A stretch of DNA of 64,000 nucleotides from contig NC_089430.1 in the NCBI RefSeq assembly GCF_026210795.1, positions 2,108,001 through 2,172,000 on the forward strand, written 5' to 3'. The notes below the pieces were generated by a model that saw only the letters and a program-made list of their open reading frames with translations, ran no database searches and had not been told where the DNA came from. This DNA is from Rhizophagus irregularis (taxonomy: Eukaryota). This document shows, one piece after another, positions 1 to 13,470 of the stretch. Every line of letters begins with the position of its first letter. The first letter of the stretch is position 1. Position numbers and translations under genes: made by a program.

Positions 1-1147
1 TATCAATCTTATATGATATTTCACTTGGGTATTTATAATTTAAAAATATATTAGTAAATGATTAATTTATTATACTGATTTATTAATTGTTTTTATTTTA
101 AAAGACTTCAGAATATTCATCGGACAAATTTTGTACATCGAGATTTACATAGTGGTAATATATTGGTAGATTTACCATCTTATTACGAAACTTGTAAAAT
201 CGGGGATCTAGGATTATCGCGACATGCAAATGGTACCTCTTCGGATAATGAAATATATGGAGTAGTACCTTATATTGCACCAGAAATATTTAAAGGGTCT
301 GCATTTTCTAAAGAATCTGATATTTATAGTCTGGGTATGATCATGTGGGAACTTACGACAGGCTGTAAACCTTTTACTGACGTTGAACATGATCATAGTC
401 TTATTTTTAATATTCTTGATGGCGCACGACCTGAAATTACAGAAGATACACCAGAATGTTATACTAATTTAATGAAAAGTTGTTGGGATTCTGATCCCGA
501 AAAAAGACCTTCTATAGTCGAAATTTGTAATATTTGTAATTCATGGATTAAAGATCATGCTAAGAATTTTACTCATGCTGAATTAAAAAGGAAAAAGTTA
601 ATTAAATCAAAGAAACTTGGTCCCAAGTTTGCCAAAAAACCTCATCCAAAATCTATTTATATAAGTAGATCATTAAATTCTTACATTTCTAAATGTTCAT
701 CTATCAATTTTTCATCAAATGGTATGTACGATATTATTTTATTAAAATTATCTTTGGATAATTAAATTAAATATCTTTTTTATAGATTACATTTCAAATG
801 AAATAGAATTTGACATAGATATCGAAAGGTATTTTAAATTAAAATATTGGTTAAATTATTAAATTTAACAACGAAAGCCTTTTAATAAATAAATACAATT
901 TTTATATTAGTAATGGATCCAACGTAATCAAAACTAAGCGAAATATTAAAGAATTAAGTATTAATTCTTGTGAAAATAATGGTAATTATTTTTATTTGAT
1001 TAAATGTTAAAGAATGTTTTTTGTTAATAATTTTTTTTTTATTAATTATTTTTTAATCAATCAAAAATAGGAAAACGCATTAAAATTAATTCCAGTTATT
1101 CAAGGACTTCTTTCACCATCTCTCAAAAAACAATAATGAAGTACTAG
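1..1147 (+). CDS. TKL-type protein kinase, 3' part (5' end outside window)
   Basis: Exons approx. <1-28, 105-721, 786-828, 911-981, 1071-1147 with GT-AG introns. Motifs HRDLHSGN, GDLG, YIAPE, SDIYS. Close paralog of the kinase at 38653-42109. Confidence 0.85.
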
Positions 1148-2520
1148 TAAGAGATAGAATATAATTTTCATATTAAACATGTATTTTATATTATATATCG
1201 ATATGTGTATTTTATTTAATGATTAGCTAGTGATTAAGCTTTTGTAAGAATAACTCATTTTATATGTAGATATCACAAGACGTGTTTGTTACGATAAATC
1301 TTGCCAACACACATATTCTTTCAATATATTAAATTTATAATAAACATTCTTGATCATGATGGTTGTGATGAAGTATTAATGCTAATGAATTATCGTCCAT
1401 GTCATCATTGATTAATAGATGCATAAGTCGTAAAATTATGTCAGGTTGATTTAAAGATGTTCAGCCGGTCTTTCGGTCTTATTCGGTCCTGTACGGCCTT
1501 TATAGAAAAAATCCCTGATCTGGCATCTAAAATTTTTGTGTCGCAGCGGGATTGGCAAAAATTGGTCTCTATTCTGCTTTTTCTAAAGCTAGCAGAGACC
1601 AAATTAGCCAAAGACCGAGAAAAGAAAAAAATAGATTTCGATCATGAAAACTAATCTAATCTTGAATTGGCTGATTGGATTAAAACCAAACTTTACCACT
1701 TTTCAGTCCTTAACGAATCTACTGCGACACAAAAGTTTAGAGGCACAGTTCCTAGAAAATTTCAAGACCGGTCTTTCAAGATATTTGTAGAAAGCTATAG
1801 AATGTTACAAAATAATCAGTTATGATGATTAATAATGTTAATTCATTATTTCATTTTTACCGCACAAAGTAAATACAGCTTAAGTAACTATTACAAAGAT
1901 ATACTAGCACCGAAGCAATAAATGTCATGAGTAAACGGTCCATGTACCAAACACGTGACATTTATCTATTACACGTGACGAATTAAATTTTGATCGAAGC
2001 AAAAGATTCTGGCCCATCTTTCTAAAGTTAAAATAAAATAAATAAAATAAATAACTAATTGAACAAAGAAAAGATTTTTCACGCATTTTTTGAATAGGTG
2101 GGACAAGCAAAAATTACAAATGAGAGGTATATTAAAAATATCGTAATATTAAGATGAGATGTTAGAGTTTGCTAAATCCCACGAATTTTAGGATGATAAT
2201 TTCATAATCAGTAAACTATTTCTTTTGTTTTTTTGTTTTCTAATAAAAAGTTTTTAACATGACAATTAGTAAAGTTGTAAAATAAAATGTAAGGATTTAA
2301 GCTTTAGACAAAATTTAGCATGATTTCTTTTTTCTTATACCATATTTTAAAGAAATTTAAGTAATAACAAGATTTCATCATTATTGATTTTTTAAAAGTT
2401 AGGAAGATTTTTTTGAGAGAATAAACATAACTTTAACTTTTTACAAATTTTCATAATAATAAATAAGTTACAAAAATATCTTTTATTTTTACTTTTATTT
2501 TATTTAGTAATTAATTTGAC

Positions 2521-3225
2521 TAATATTAAATCCATTTTGTAGTAATATTATTATTAGTTTTAACCCAATATAGAAAGCTTTTAGTTTTAATATAATTTCA
2601 ATAAATAATAGAATTTAAAATAAAAAAAATTTTATTTAAGATTTCATATACGTTTATAATATTATCAATGATATTTTCAAATGGTTAATCTGATCATTTA
2701 AAGGTTCGAATTTTTTTCAATAACATAGCGATTCAATAATATCATAATTTGACTTATATTAAATTATTCTCCAATCGGATATGAGTGAAATAAATGAACT
2801 TGAAAAATATAATTTAAGATATAGTATTAAATTTGATATAATGGTCTGGTCATAATTATCACAACTATTACACTATTACATAAACACTTATCACGAATTA
2901 TCATCATGTAATAACAAATTAATCTATTATTATTCGTTATTCAAAAAAATTTATATGATTACTTCATTATAATTAATTTCATTGATAACTAATAATCTAG
3001 TTCTCCAGGACCCCGAGCTATATATATAGAGGTAAGGTGCAGCCAAAAAAAATTACTATTAGCTAGTTCTCCCTATATTCATCTAACCAGCTCTCTGGCC
3101 CGACCTGAATGATATAATAATTTGAAATCAGTTTTCCCTATATTATAAGAAAATTAAATTATACTTGATAATTACTTACTAATACTAGTACATATCTAAC
3201 GGTTAGATTATTTAGATTTTTTATA
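2521..3225. repeat. Segmental-duplication flank, homologous to approx. 21678-22265; includes the stranded original 3' end of the 6721-8937 gene
   Basis: taatattaaatccattttgtagtaatatta (2521) matches taatattaaatccaatttgtagtaatatta (approx. 21678). ctaacggttagattatttagattttttata (3196) matches ctaatggtgagattttttggattttttatt (22236). Confidence 0.8.
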
Positions 3226-4335
3226 AGATAATAAATAAAATACCGAAAGCGAATATGGATTCTAGTAATTCTTAATTTGACACGACATATTGTCGTTTTC
3301 TAATTCTTTTATTATTTCACTTGCTTCGAAACTAATAGTTGCATTATTTTTTTCGGAGCTAATGTTATTAAAATAGAAACTATTACGGAAATTCTGGCCT
3401 GTCATCTTCAAATTCACAATATTTTATGTTATATAAAGATTAGATATATATTTTCGTTACAAATATAGGATATAAATATTTGTTATTAAATTTTATACTT
3501 AATTTGATAAAACTTTACATATTCACCATCTGTGTTTGGCATGGGAAGTTCTCTTTTAAGTTTTACCATTTATAATGCTTTAAACCATCGTCATCTATTT
3601 CGATTCGAAAGGTGATCTACAACCAGAATGATTTTTAAAGCTCAAGCATTAACAATAACCATATGCTATAGTATCGTTGAATTCATATTCGCATCTGGAC
3701 AAGCATATGTCACTAATAGAATATCAGTAAAATAGTATAATAGATTATAACACGATCATTTGGATTTTAGTTTTAATAAATACAAAATTTGATATTTCTT
3801 AATACAATGTATAGTTATTTATTAGTATTATTTATAACAATAAATGTTCAGTTATTCACTTATTCTAATTTTAATTCCAAGTTTCACACATAACAGTTTA
3901 GAACGCCCTACCAAGGACTAAGGCAACTTGCATATATATACTATGATATACTACGTAAATAAAAAATTAAAGATAATAATCTATAAAGCATAATGAAAGA
4001 AAAATAAAAGTAAAATTAACTTCAATATACAAACTAGTAATTTAAACTATTTGACTCTAACTTTCACATAAAAGAAAACCTCATTCAATATTATGTTTAC
4101 TATCTTGATAAATTTCATTTAATTCTATAAAAAAAAAAATAGATTAGATGAATTAGAAAGGAAATATTAGTAAAATTACAAATATGTAAATAGTAACTTA
4201 CTCAATTCACTCAATTGAACATCTAAGCACAAACTGTGCATCATGTAATCATAGTATTAAAATGTTAACAAAATGTAAATAAAATAATTATAATAATGAT
4301 TATTAAGAGAATACTTACTGGATTTGCTGATGTAG

Positions 4336-6731
4336 CATTGCTGAAACCCGTGATTTCATGACATCGCTTTCACTATAGTGTCATGTTGTTATTTTAGTAA
4401 CGTAACAATGTATTGTACGTTAATACGAAATTGCAATACATCTACAATACTGTGATTGCGTTGTTTAATACATTGTGACTATATCATAAATATGGCTTTT
4501 TTTTATATTAAAATTTTTTAAGTATTATTTTTTTTATTTCATAATATTGATGTTGATTATGCGACTACAATGCTTATAATTGCATAGTAACGATGATGAT
4601 ACTATATTATACTGAATAATCAATTGTTTTATGCGCAGATATTTATACTTAAGTATCAGCTAATGTAAAACAAAAAAATTTAATAATAATTTCTTAAAAT
4701 ATTTCTGAATGCCATTTTTTTTTTATTATTTTATATTCCCCTATAGGCACTAATGGATATACATATCTAAAAAAAATTATAAAAAAAATCAAATTTCGGC
4801 CCTTATTTATATGAAATTATGTATCACGTGATTAACGTGACAATTTTAACAGATCAGCCACGTTTTTTTAAACTTTAACAAACCCTTTTCCTTCCTCACA
4901 GTCTCACCCTTCCCTTCCCCGTCTTTTTCTCTTCCTCTTGTTTCGCTCTCTCTAATAAAATCTTTAACTGAACGGTTAGCAACATTTTGATATTTTTCTT
5001 TATTAGACAAAAATCATTGCATTATGCAATGAAAATTGAGTTCATAATGATTTTTTTTTTAAAAAAAAAATAAGTTTATTATAACTTAAATGACAAAATA
5101 ACTACGGTAAAAAAATGGATTGAAAAAAAGCTAGAGAATGAGTACATTCATTATTTCAAATATGATGAATTTAAAATCAATGAAGAAGAAATTGGTAGAG
5201 AAAGGGATATCAGAATTCCGGTAAGATTTTTTTTCTTTTTTTTTCATCTTTATTTTTTTAATGAACGGTTCTAATGGTTCATTTTTTTCCTTTCTTTAGA
5301 TGGTTCTTTTAAATTACCTTGGGAGACATTTTGGTAAAGTTTTTTATTTATTTCTTCCATCTTTTAACAAACGGTTCCTAACAGTTCATTTCTTTCTCTT
5401 TTTAGGCAGTTCTTTTGTATTTCTTGTGGTAAGTTAAATTTTATTTTTTTCTTTCATTTTTTTTATTTGACAAAACGTTAACTGGCGGTTAACTAAAATT
5501 TTATTTTCTTTTTTTTAGATGGTCAGCCTTTGGACATGTGAATTTCTAATGGTTGGTTTCTTTTTACTTTTTTAAATTCTTTTGAATTAAATTTTTTATT
5601 TTGATAAGTTGTTGACTATCATTTCATTTTCTTTCTTTGTTTTTAGACAGGTCACGTGTGAATTTTCAACGGTTAGATTTTTTCCTTTTTAAGTTTTTCA
5701 AATTAAATTTTTTCATTTTTATTTAACGAAACATTTAACTAACATTTCATCTTTTTTTAAAAAAAACAGTCATGTCCTTTTCTTTTTTTATGTTCTACGT
5801 TTCAATACTTCTCTTTCAGATGTCCGGACCTTTTGACATGTGAGACTTCAGTAGTAACTATTTTTGACAGGAATTGTATTACTATTGGCATATAATGAAT
5901 CAAAATGAAAATTTGACTTTGATTCTGGATACAGAATAGTGGATACAAGAACTTAAAATGCTCCCTCATCACGAAAATTATTTTACTTGTTTTACTTATA
6001 GGTTCTGTACAATTTCGAATAGTGGAATAGGGTATTGAAATGGTAAGTTTCGTAATGAAATTTACCATTTTCTTAGTATTGGAAACATCCTTATTTTATA
6101 CATTTTTTTTTGTAGTTATATAAGGGCTTTGGCTGGGTACCTGGAGATTGGAGATGGTAAATTTCTTTGCAAAACTTACTTTTTTTGTTTTCTTTAATTA
6201 GAAACATTTTTGATGTTTAATTTATTTTTTTTTTTTAGATCTCAGCTTCTTCAAAACTTCTTGTTATTAGACAGATTGTTTTTTGGAGTCTTTAAATGTG
6301 TAGAATTTTGGTAGAAGGCTCCCTTTCTTGGGATTATTTCGTTTTAAGGAAAAGTTTCATTTTTTTAGACTTTTTCAAATTACCTTTAGCAAAACATGTT
6401 TATTAAATAATTTTTTTTCAGATACTTTTATACATTTTATATAAAGAATTATATTATCAATACTTAATAATGAATAATTTAATAGTTAGCTAGCGTAGTA
6501 TGTAATATATAACATTGTTTGCTTTATTAAATATATATGCAAATAAAGTGTGTTTACAACATTGTTAAATTACTACATTTTGGCTATATGTTTACAATAC
6601 TAGTAAAATATGTATAGTGAAATTGTTTTTACAGTAAATTAAAAAAGCATAGTGGCGATACATTTTCTCACTTTTGCGTCATATGATGTTCAATAACGAT
6701 GATGGATGAATCACGTGATTTTAGCGCAGTG
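4336..6731 (+). mobile_element. Non-autonomous DNA transposon with CA(T/C)TG...CAGTG ends (CACTA/EnSpm-like), same family as 31905-35036
   Basis: Left end cattgctgaaacccgtgatt nearly equals cattgcagaaacccgtgatt at 31905. Right end atcacgtgattttagcgcagtg is an imperfect inverted copy. Interior has a CT-rich tract then many short exon-like blocks. No clear TSD. Confidence 0.5.
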
Positions 6732-8937
6732 TCAAACGTTGTTTAGAGATACGAATATTCCAAGCATAATACCAAAGATGTTGATTTGGTTTAATTGAAA
6801 TAGTTCCATTACTTTTTAATTCATTAATCCAATTTTCAAGTGGTGTCTCCCCAAAATCTAAAGTTGGTTTCAAATAATCCAACACATATTTAAATAATAA
6901 ATCACCAGTAATATCAGGGATTTCAAGTAAACTAGCAACAAAATCAGCTGATTTAACTTCAATGTTTACTGGTTCCCAAATATTATCTTCAGAACTAATT
7001 CCAAGTACAAATGTATGCTTAGAGTTAAGTTTTGAAAATTTTCCACTGTACCTTATTTGATAAGGATGAATTTTCAATGGATCTTTAAACGAAATACCCA
7101 CATGATCCATGTCAAACGAATCACTGAATTAAAATTGAAATGTGATTTGTGATTAGCATCAAATTATTTTAAAAATAAAATAATTATTCTTGATAAATTA
7201 GAACACATACCTGTCTTCATCTTCATCATCATCACTTAAAATTAAATAATTGTTAAGCATAAATAAATAAAATGCATAAAAATATAATATAATCTATTTA
7301 TAAACTCTACCTTAAGATTTCCAAGTCATTAGTAGGTAAGATTACAACAGATGCTGTCCATCTATCAGTTTTAGACGTATTATAAACATCTCTATATTCA
7401 TTATTTATAATTGTAATAATAGCTGTTATTGATACATCACTATTTATAGGAGAAGTAATCTTAATTCCAGTTCTTTTAACATCAGTGTAAGAATTATCTG
7501 ATTCATCATAATCCCTGATTTCATCAAAGGAAGAAATTGTTTTGGTATATGGACGAATAGACTCAAAAATAGCTTGAGTTTCTGGATCAAGTAATATTAC
7601 ATCTGGCTTTTTTTGTTTTATAGGAAATTTCTCAATTATATTATGAGCAATTGATAATAAATCTTTATCAAGGTTTGAAAGTCGAGGATAATTATCAATT
7701 GCAAATTGATGAAACCAGCCTTTAGTTAATTTAGCACAGAACCTAAAAAGTGCCAATTTATAAGAATTTTCTTGATCATTGGAGATCATTGGAATAAGAT
7801 ATCTTTCAAGTGCAATAACCATCACTACTTCTTTCATACAATTAATTTTTGTTTGATAGTCAAGTTTTTCAAAAAGGGATTTTTTTATCAATTCTTTAGA
7901 CTATATTATAATTATTTAAATTAAACAATTAGTATTTAAATGAAATTTTAATTAAAACACATAATCATTATTTTCCTTAATGTAATTACCTGGCCATCTC
8001 TTAAACCTTGATAAATTGGATGATCACCATATTTTACAAGTTCATATAAATCCTCATGGGAAATACATTTTTGTACAAAAAGATTATCTTCATATTCCAA
8101 GAAATCATCATTGGACATATTTAAATTGATACTATATGCACCTGGTTTACTGTATATAATTTCAGTTTCTTTAATACGAGTTTCTAATATAAGTTCAATT
8201 AACTCATCACGTTGTGGACTATATAAGTCCTCTGCTATATTCTTCTTTTTCGTTTGGGTCAGGGCTACATAATCTCTCAACAAATGTAAATCTGAAATAT
8301 TTTTATGCAAATCTGCTTGACAATAAATTAGAGATGTTTTCAAAGCTTCAAGAATTTTTAATGGAGCGACAATACATAAGAAATTTGACAATAATGGAAG
8401 CATTGTTTTATCTTCAATATTACAACATAATTCTAAAATCATTAGAGCACTCATTTTTGGGTGAACATCATTAAACCTTTCAAATTCAATTTTATTGATT
8501 TCATCATCATCTTGCATATCATCAACTTTCATATTATCTTCAGAATTACCTTCAAAGATGGATTTCATGTTTCTGAAATCCACTTTCTCAGAGACAAGTT
8601 CAATATAAAAGCTAATAAGTTTTTTATCTGCTGTGTATTTATCAATATACTCTCCAGCAAGTATTAGTCCACCTCCTGGATAATAAATTAATTTTATATA
8701 TTTAAAAGTAGCATTATATTCTTTAACTTTATTAATAAATAAAGTTGTTTGTAAAGGAGTTGCCATCAAATCCCAATCATTAGGTTCACGAAAAGAATAA
8801 ATATGCCATTTTGCAGCACGTGAGCCAATAAGAACAGGATAATCTATAAGTGGAATGTTGCCTTCATTCTTGATAATATTATTTAAAATGATTAATATTT
8901 CCTTATAACTATCAGCAATGATTTGAGGTTTAATCAT
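6721..8937 (-). CDS. Uncharacterised protein with Pol-beta-like nucleotidyltransferase motif, copy A (about 654 aa, altered C-terminus)
   Basis: Four exons 8937-7990, 7900-7311, 7234-7211 (24 nt), 7123-6721 join in frame. Motifs LIGSRA...EPNDWDL, IALERYLIP, TKGW. Paralog of 22236-24610 with the same intron positions. Confidence 0.8.
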
Positions 8938-9571
8938 TTTTTTTTTTTTTGAAAATTAGCAGAAATGTAACTTTTTAAAGAAAAAAGTAAAGGTTCAGAG
9001 TTGAAATAGAAGTTATATCTGAAAAAAAAATTATCTTATATATATATATATTATTTTAATAATTATTTGAAGTATGAATCATTATAATAATATGATTTAT
9101 TATTAATCATTAAATGCTTGTCATATAAACTTATTTAGTCAGTACAAACATTACATCATGAAGATTAATAATTACATATTCTTGTCTAGAAATAATTGAT
9201 CAGCTTTTATCTTTGAAAATTCTACTTTATTTTAAACCAATATTGATTTACTCTGTTGCAATACAATAAGTATTTCAATTAAACTTTTACACATTAAAAT
9301 TTATTAATAATGATAAAATTTTGATATTTAATAAAGTATAATAATTATAACCCATTATTTTTGCAAAAAACACATTGTAAGTATGTATTCTACTACTAAT
9401 TATATTATAACTATCTATAATTAAACATGTAAACATATGAATATATGATATATGACGTAACTCTTAGTTAAGTCACGTCATAGACATAACTAAGATGCAA
9501 TAATTGTAACGTATAAAAATTGATCACGTATCTACTCTTCTTCAGAATGAAAACTAGAAAAATGTTTGTAT

Positions 9572-9850
9572 AGGGCATCGGATCTGATCCATATTTCATC
9601 CCTTAAATTTCACCAAAAATTAACACCCAATTATCAAATCCTAGATTAATCCATATTTTATCCCAGATTTGATCTATATTTCATCCCAAATTTAATTTCA
9701 GAATGTTAAATTTATATCACCAGGATAAATCAAATCCAGGATATAATAGAAATCAGATCCGGGATAAAATAGGGATGAAATATGGATTAATCCATTTTTA
9801 CCCCAGATAAATCCGGGATTTGATCTGAGGTTTAATCCCAGACTTAGCTT
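9572..9850. repeat. Foldback/MITE-like element with internal inverted repeats
   Basis: ccatatttcatccc (approx. 9590, variants approx. 9650 and 9675) is inverted as gggatgaaatatgg (approx. 9772). Confidence 0.5.
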
Positions 9851-9898
9851 AGAGAATACTTTGATAATGGAATTATAGAACGATAACACTGTAAAATA

Positions 9899-10478
9899 TC
9901 TATATAATAAGCATTTATCCGAGTGTCCGAAAGATAAGATTAATAATCCCTTTTACACTTATTATTATATTCGATTCTTTTTGCCTTTTTCTTATGATGA
10001 AAAAGTGTATCCTTAATTAGATTAAGGATTGATAGAACATATATGAAGCAGTTTAATTTAATTTGATAGAAATTATTCAAGAGGAAATGTTATTAAAGTA
10101 TAAACATATTAAAGTATGAGATATTTACAAATAAGAAGATGATAAAATTACGAATAAAGAAAACCTCAATTGGAAAAAGAAGAAACTCGATAGAAGAAAA
10201 TCTTTATTCTAGAGATGAGATGAGAGATTTAAAAATGGAAAATCTAAATTAAGAAAAGGACGTAAATGATATATTTAGAAGATGTATAGATTCATTGTTT
10301 TGTATAAATAGTAGATAAATTTCGATTTTAGAAGATTAAGAATCTCTTTTGATTCTTAGATTTAAAGTTAATATAGTTATTTTATATAATTAACATATTT
10401 TATTATTAACTAAAACATTATTTTGTTAACGACTCAACGTGGTGATGACCCACACCACAGGGTTGGGCATTACACTGT
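9899..10478 (+). mobile_element. Possible degenerate non-autonomous Helitron
   Basis: A|TCTATATAATAAG start at 9899. Imperfect hairpin cccacaccacagggttggg at approx. 10449, followed by ctgt rather than CTAG. Confidence 0.3.
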
Positions 10479-11639
10479 ATTTGACTAATTAATGTGGCAT
10501 TTTTTACTACAAATTAATCAAGCGCAGTAACGCTCTTTTTCCTTACATACTATTATTTTCTCTGAGCTGTATAAAAATTCTGATATAGAAAGTAACAATA
10601 TAACGTTATGAACTCAAAAGAAACTGGCCTATCGCAGTGTTGACGAAAAAATTATTGAAGTTCGGGCAACAATTCAGGTAGGATGATTTTTTTTCAAGAG
10701 ATTATCTTTTTTTTTTTATTAAATTAATTTTGAAGATGAAGAATGGCGCTATTGCTTAAGATAACATACTGTACATGGACTTACATCACTAGATGAATAA
10801 TACTGATTTGAGAATAAATGAAATATACTTTTTCGTAGTACTTACAAGAAAACAATTTCGAAGCTTGCAAACTAATATTTTTTCGTACAGATTTCCGAAG
10901 ACCTAATTAATATCACGGAAGTGCTAACAAAAAATTCTCAGCAAGGTATTTACTAAAGTTATGATGCTACTTTATTTGCATCGCTTGTCTTATATAACTG
11001 ACGAACAAATGAAATCGGATTAAAGTTAATGTTTGATAATATGTTAATATATACAAGCGGTGAGCAAAATTATTTGGAAAACTTTAAAGTGAATTTACTC
11101 AACAAATTTGCAAATAGTTTAATATATTTAGTCGCCACTGGTTATAACGAACCTGTTAGTATCAAATCTCATTAGAATATTCAGAATGGATTAAATCCGT
11201 CATCTGTTATCTGAATCTAAATCTGTTTAGTAGTGTTTTGATCCATATGCGGTTTGACCCGGGTCAGCCCAGATAAACCGTGAATATTCAGGTGAATACC
11301 GCGGATTGCAGATTTCGAATAACTTGAAATATTTCATGAACTAGTGATCAGTATTTTATGATTTATAACCTCTTAGTACTACGAATATAATCGTAGTGCT
11401 GAAATTTCTTAATACTCAGGGTTAATCCCAATTTTTACAAAATTAAGTTTTTATCCAAATAAATGATTATTTTATCCAGATGGTGGTTTTCATCTGGATC
11501 GAAATACTATCGTTTAGTCATCTGATTATCTGTGACGAATAATCGGATTATGTTGGATTGATCTCAGATATCCGATTAAATAATATATATGTGTGTGAAA
11601 TGTTATTAATGGAATATTTAAAAGTAACTATGTAAAGGT

Positions 11640-12480
11640 TTCACTGACAGTTTTTTCTTCTTTTTTTCAATAGGGACAGGGAAATGGACTTTCTTTTTCT
11701 TTTTTTACTGGAAATTGGGTTCAGTTCATTCAGATCTTCTCATAGGAGTTCTTTTATAAATATTTTTTTTCTTTTTTACTATTTTAACCCATTATTAATC
11801 ATTTCTTATTTTTTACAGTCTGGCAGACGAACGGTTTGAGGCTTTAGAAGACATTAAAGTTGATGGTTTATTTTGTTCATTTTTGGTTTGACTTTTTGTT
11901 TCCTTGGCCTATTATTAACTATTTATTTATAGGAATGGACCAACAGGTGAATGGTTTGAAACTTTAAAAAACATTAAGGGTAGAGTTTTGTTTTTATTTT
12001 ATTTTATTTGAACGTTTTCTTTATGTCAATTATTAAAGTTTATTTTTTTCTCTCCTTCATTTTACAGGAATGGACTGATAGATAAATTTTTCATCCCATT
12101 GATTTCTTCCTTCCTTTTACCTCTTGAACTTTATTATTCACGCTAACAGTGAAGTAGGTTTTTTTTTCTCCCATATAACCTTATCTCTTTCCACTTCTAG
12201 TTTTTTATTTCCTCTTTTAGATTAGCCGATAGCCAGGTGTGCTAGGGACACTAATCTTTAGAAGTCCCATTTAAGTATTTCGTTTCATTTGTTTATTCGA
12301 GGGTTTCTTGTTCTTTTTGGCCATTACTAACAGTCTTTTTTACAGATATGGATTGATGAACAAATGATTCAAGTCCATTTCAATGTTAAGGTTTGTATTT
12401 CATTTCATTTAAAGAATTTTTTTTGCTCCTTCAACTATTGCTAACCTTTTCTTATTTTTTATAGAGTAGAGCTCTGAAAT
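11640..12480 (+). other. Intron-rich segment with many short exon-like blocks and no ORF (probably TE-internal non-coding)
   Basis: Repeated T-rich acceptors (ttttacag, tttatag, ttttag) with ctaac/ttaac branch-like motifs. Internal similarity between blocks (gaatggac..., gacattaaag). Confidence 0.35.
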
Positions 12481-13470
12481 TATAATAGTAGAATATGGCG
12501 ATATGATAAATTTTGAAACTTAAAAGCAGTTTTCAAATAAAAAATAAAATTTATATTATTTATATTAAGTATATTAAGTTTAAAAGTAGTTACACTAAAA
12601 GTTTATTATATAAAGCCTAAAAAAATTTAAAAGTAATTACGTCAAAAGTTTATGTGAAGTCTAAAAGTCAAAATCCATATGGCAAAAGTCATTTATGATG
12701 TCATATGATAATGTTGACGCTACTGAAGGGACATTGAAAAAAATGACGTAACTACATAAGGTTCAAAAATCTGCACCATAAATAATTACGAGGGCTTTTA
12801 AAATACAGATTTTCAGCAAAATTGATTTCTAATTATTGCTATTATCATAAAGGTGTGACCAATTTATCAGGGATCATAAAAATTGCCAACTAGAATATGC
12901 GATTTGCCGGGGACTTCATCCCCCAAATATAACATTTATAATTAAAAAAATTCTTTGATATAAATAAATTGAATTGTATGTAAAATCACTAAAATATTAC
13001 TGAATAATAAAATTTATTATAATTAGATCCTATAAAAAATCATGTTTTTGATAAGGTTTTATACAATTTTTTCTTAAAAATAATATTTCTAATCTATATA
13101 GGAATACAGAAAATGCACAATTCCATATTACAAAATGCATCATTTGCATGATTTGACCATAATTTATGCTGAATTTATATTGATTTGATCACAGAAATTA
13201 CATACTTTAAGCATAGAATTTACATGATTTGGTTAATGAATTTACTACTTAAATTACAATTATTAATATTAGTTGCATTTATATGAATTTGATTTTAATA
13301 ATATTTTATTAAATTATTAAATCAAATATAAAAATGAAAAAAAATCCTTAGTATCAATGTGATTATAATTAGCCAATAATATAAATTAATTCTTATGATT
13401 TAAAATAATGATGTAAGTTGTAATAAGTGTTTTAAAGTTAATACAGCTACAAAAAAAATGAAATCTTATA

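Noticed and set aside
3005..3065. Short matches to approx. 47050 (ggaccccgagcta) and 43073 (cagccaaaaaaaattactattag)
   Set aside because: Probably fragments of dispersed TEs, but element boundaries could not be defined.
8214..8667. Plus-strand ORFs here and at 22864-24235
   Set aside because: Antisense shadows of the real minus-strand genes.
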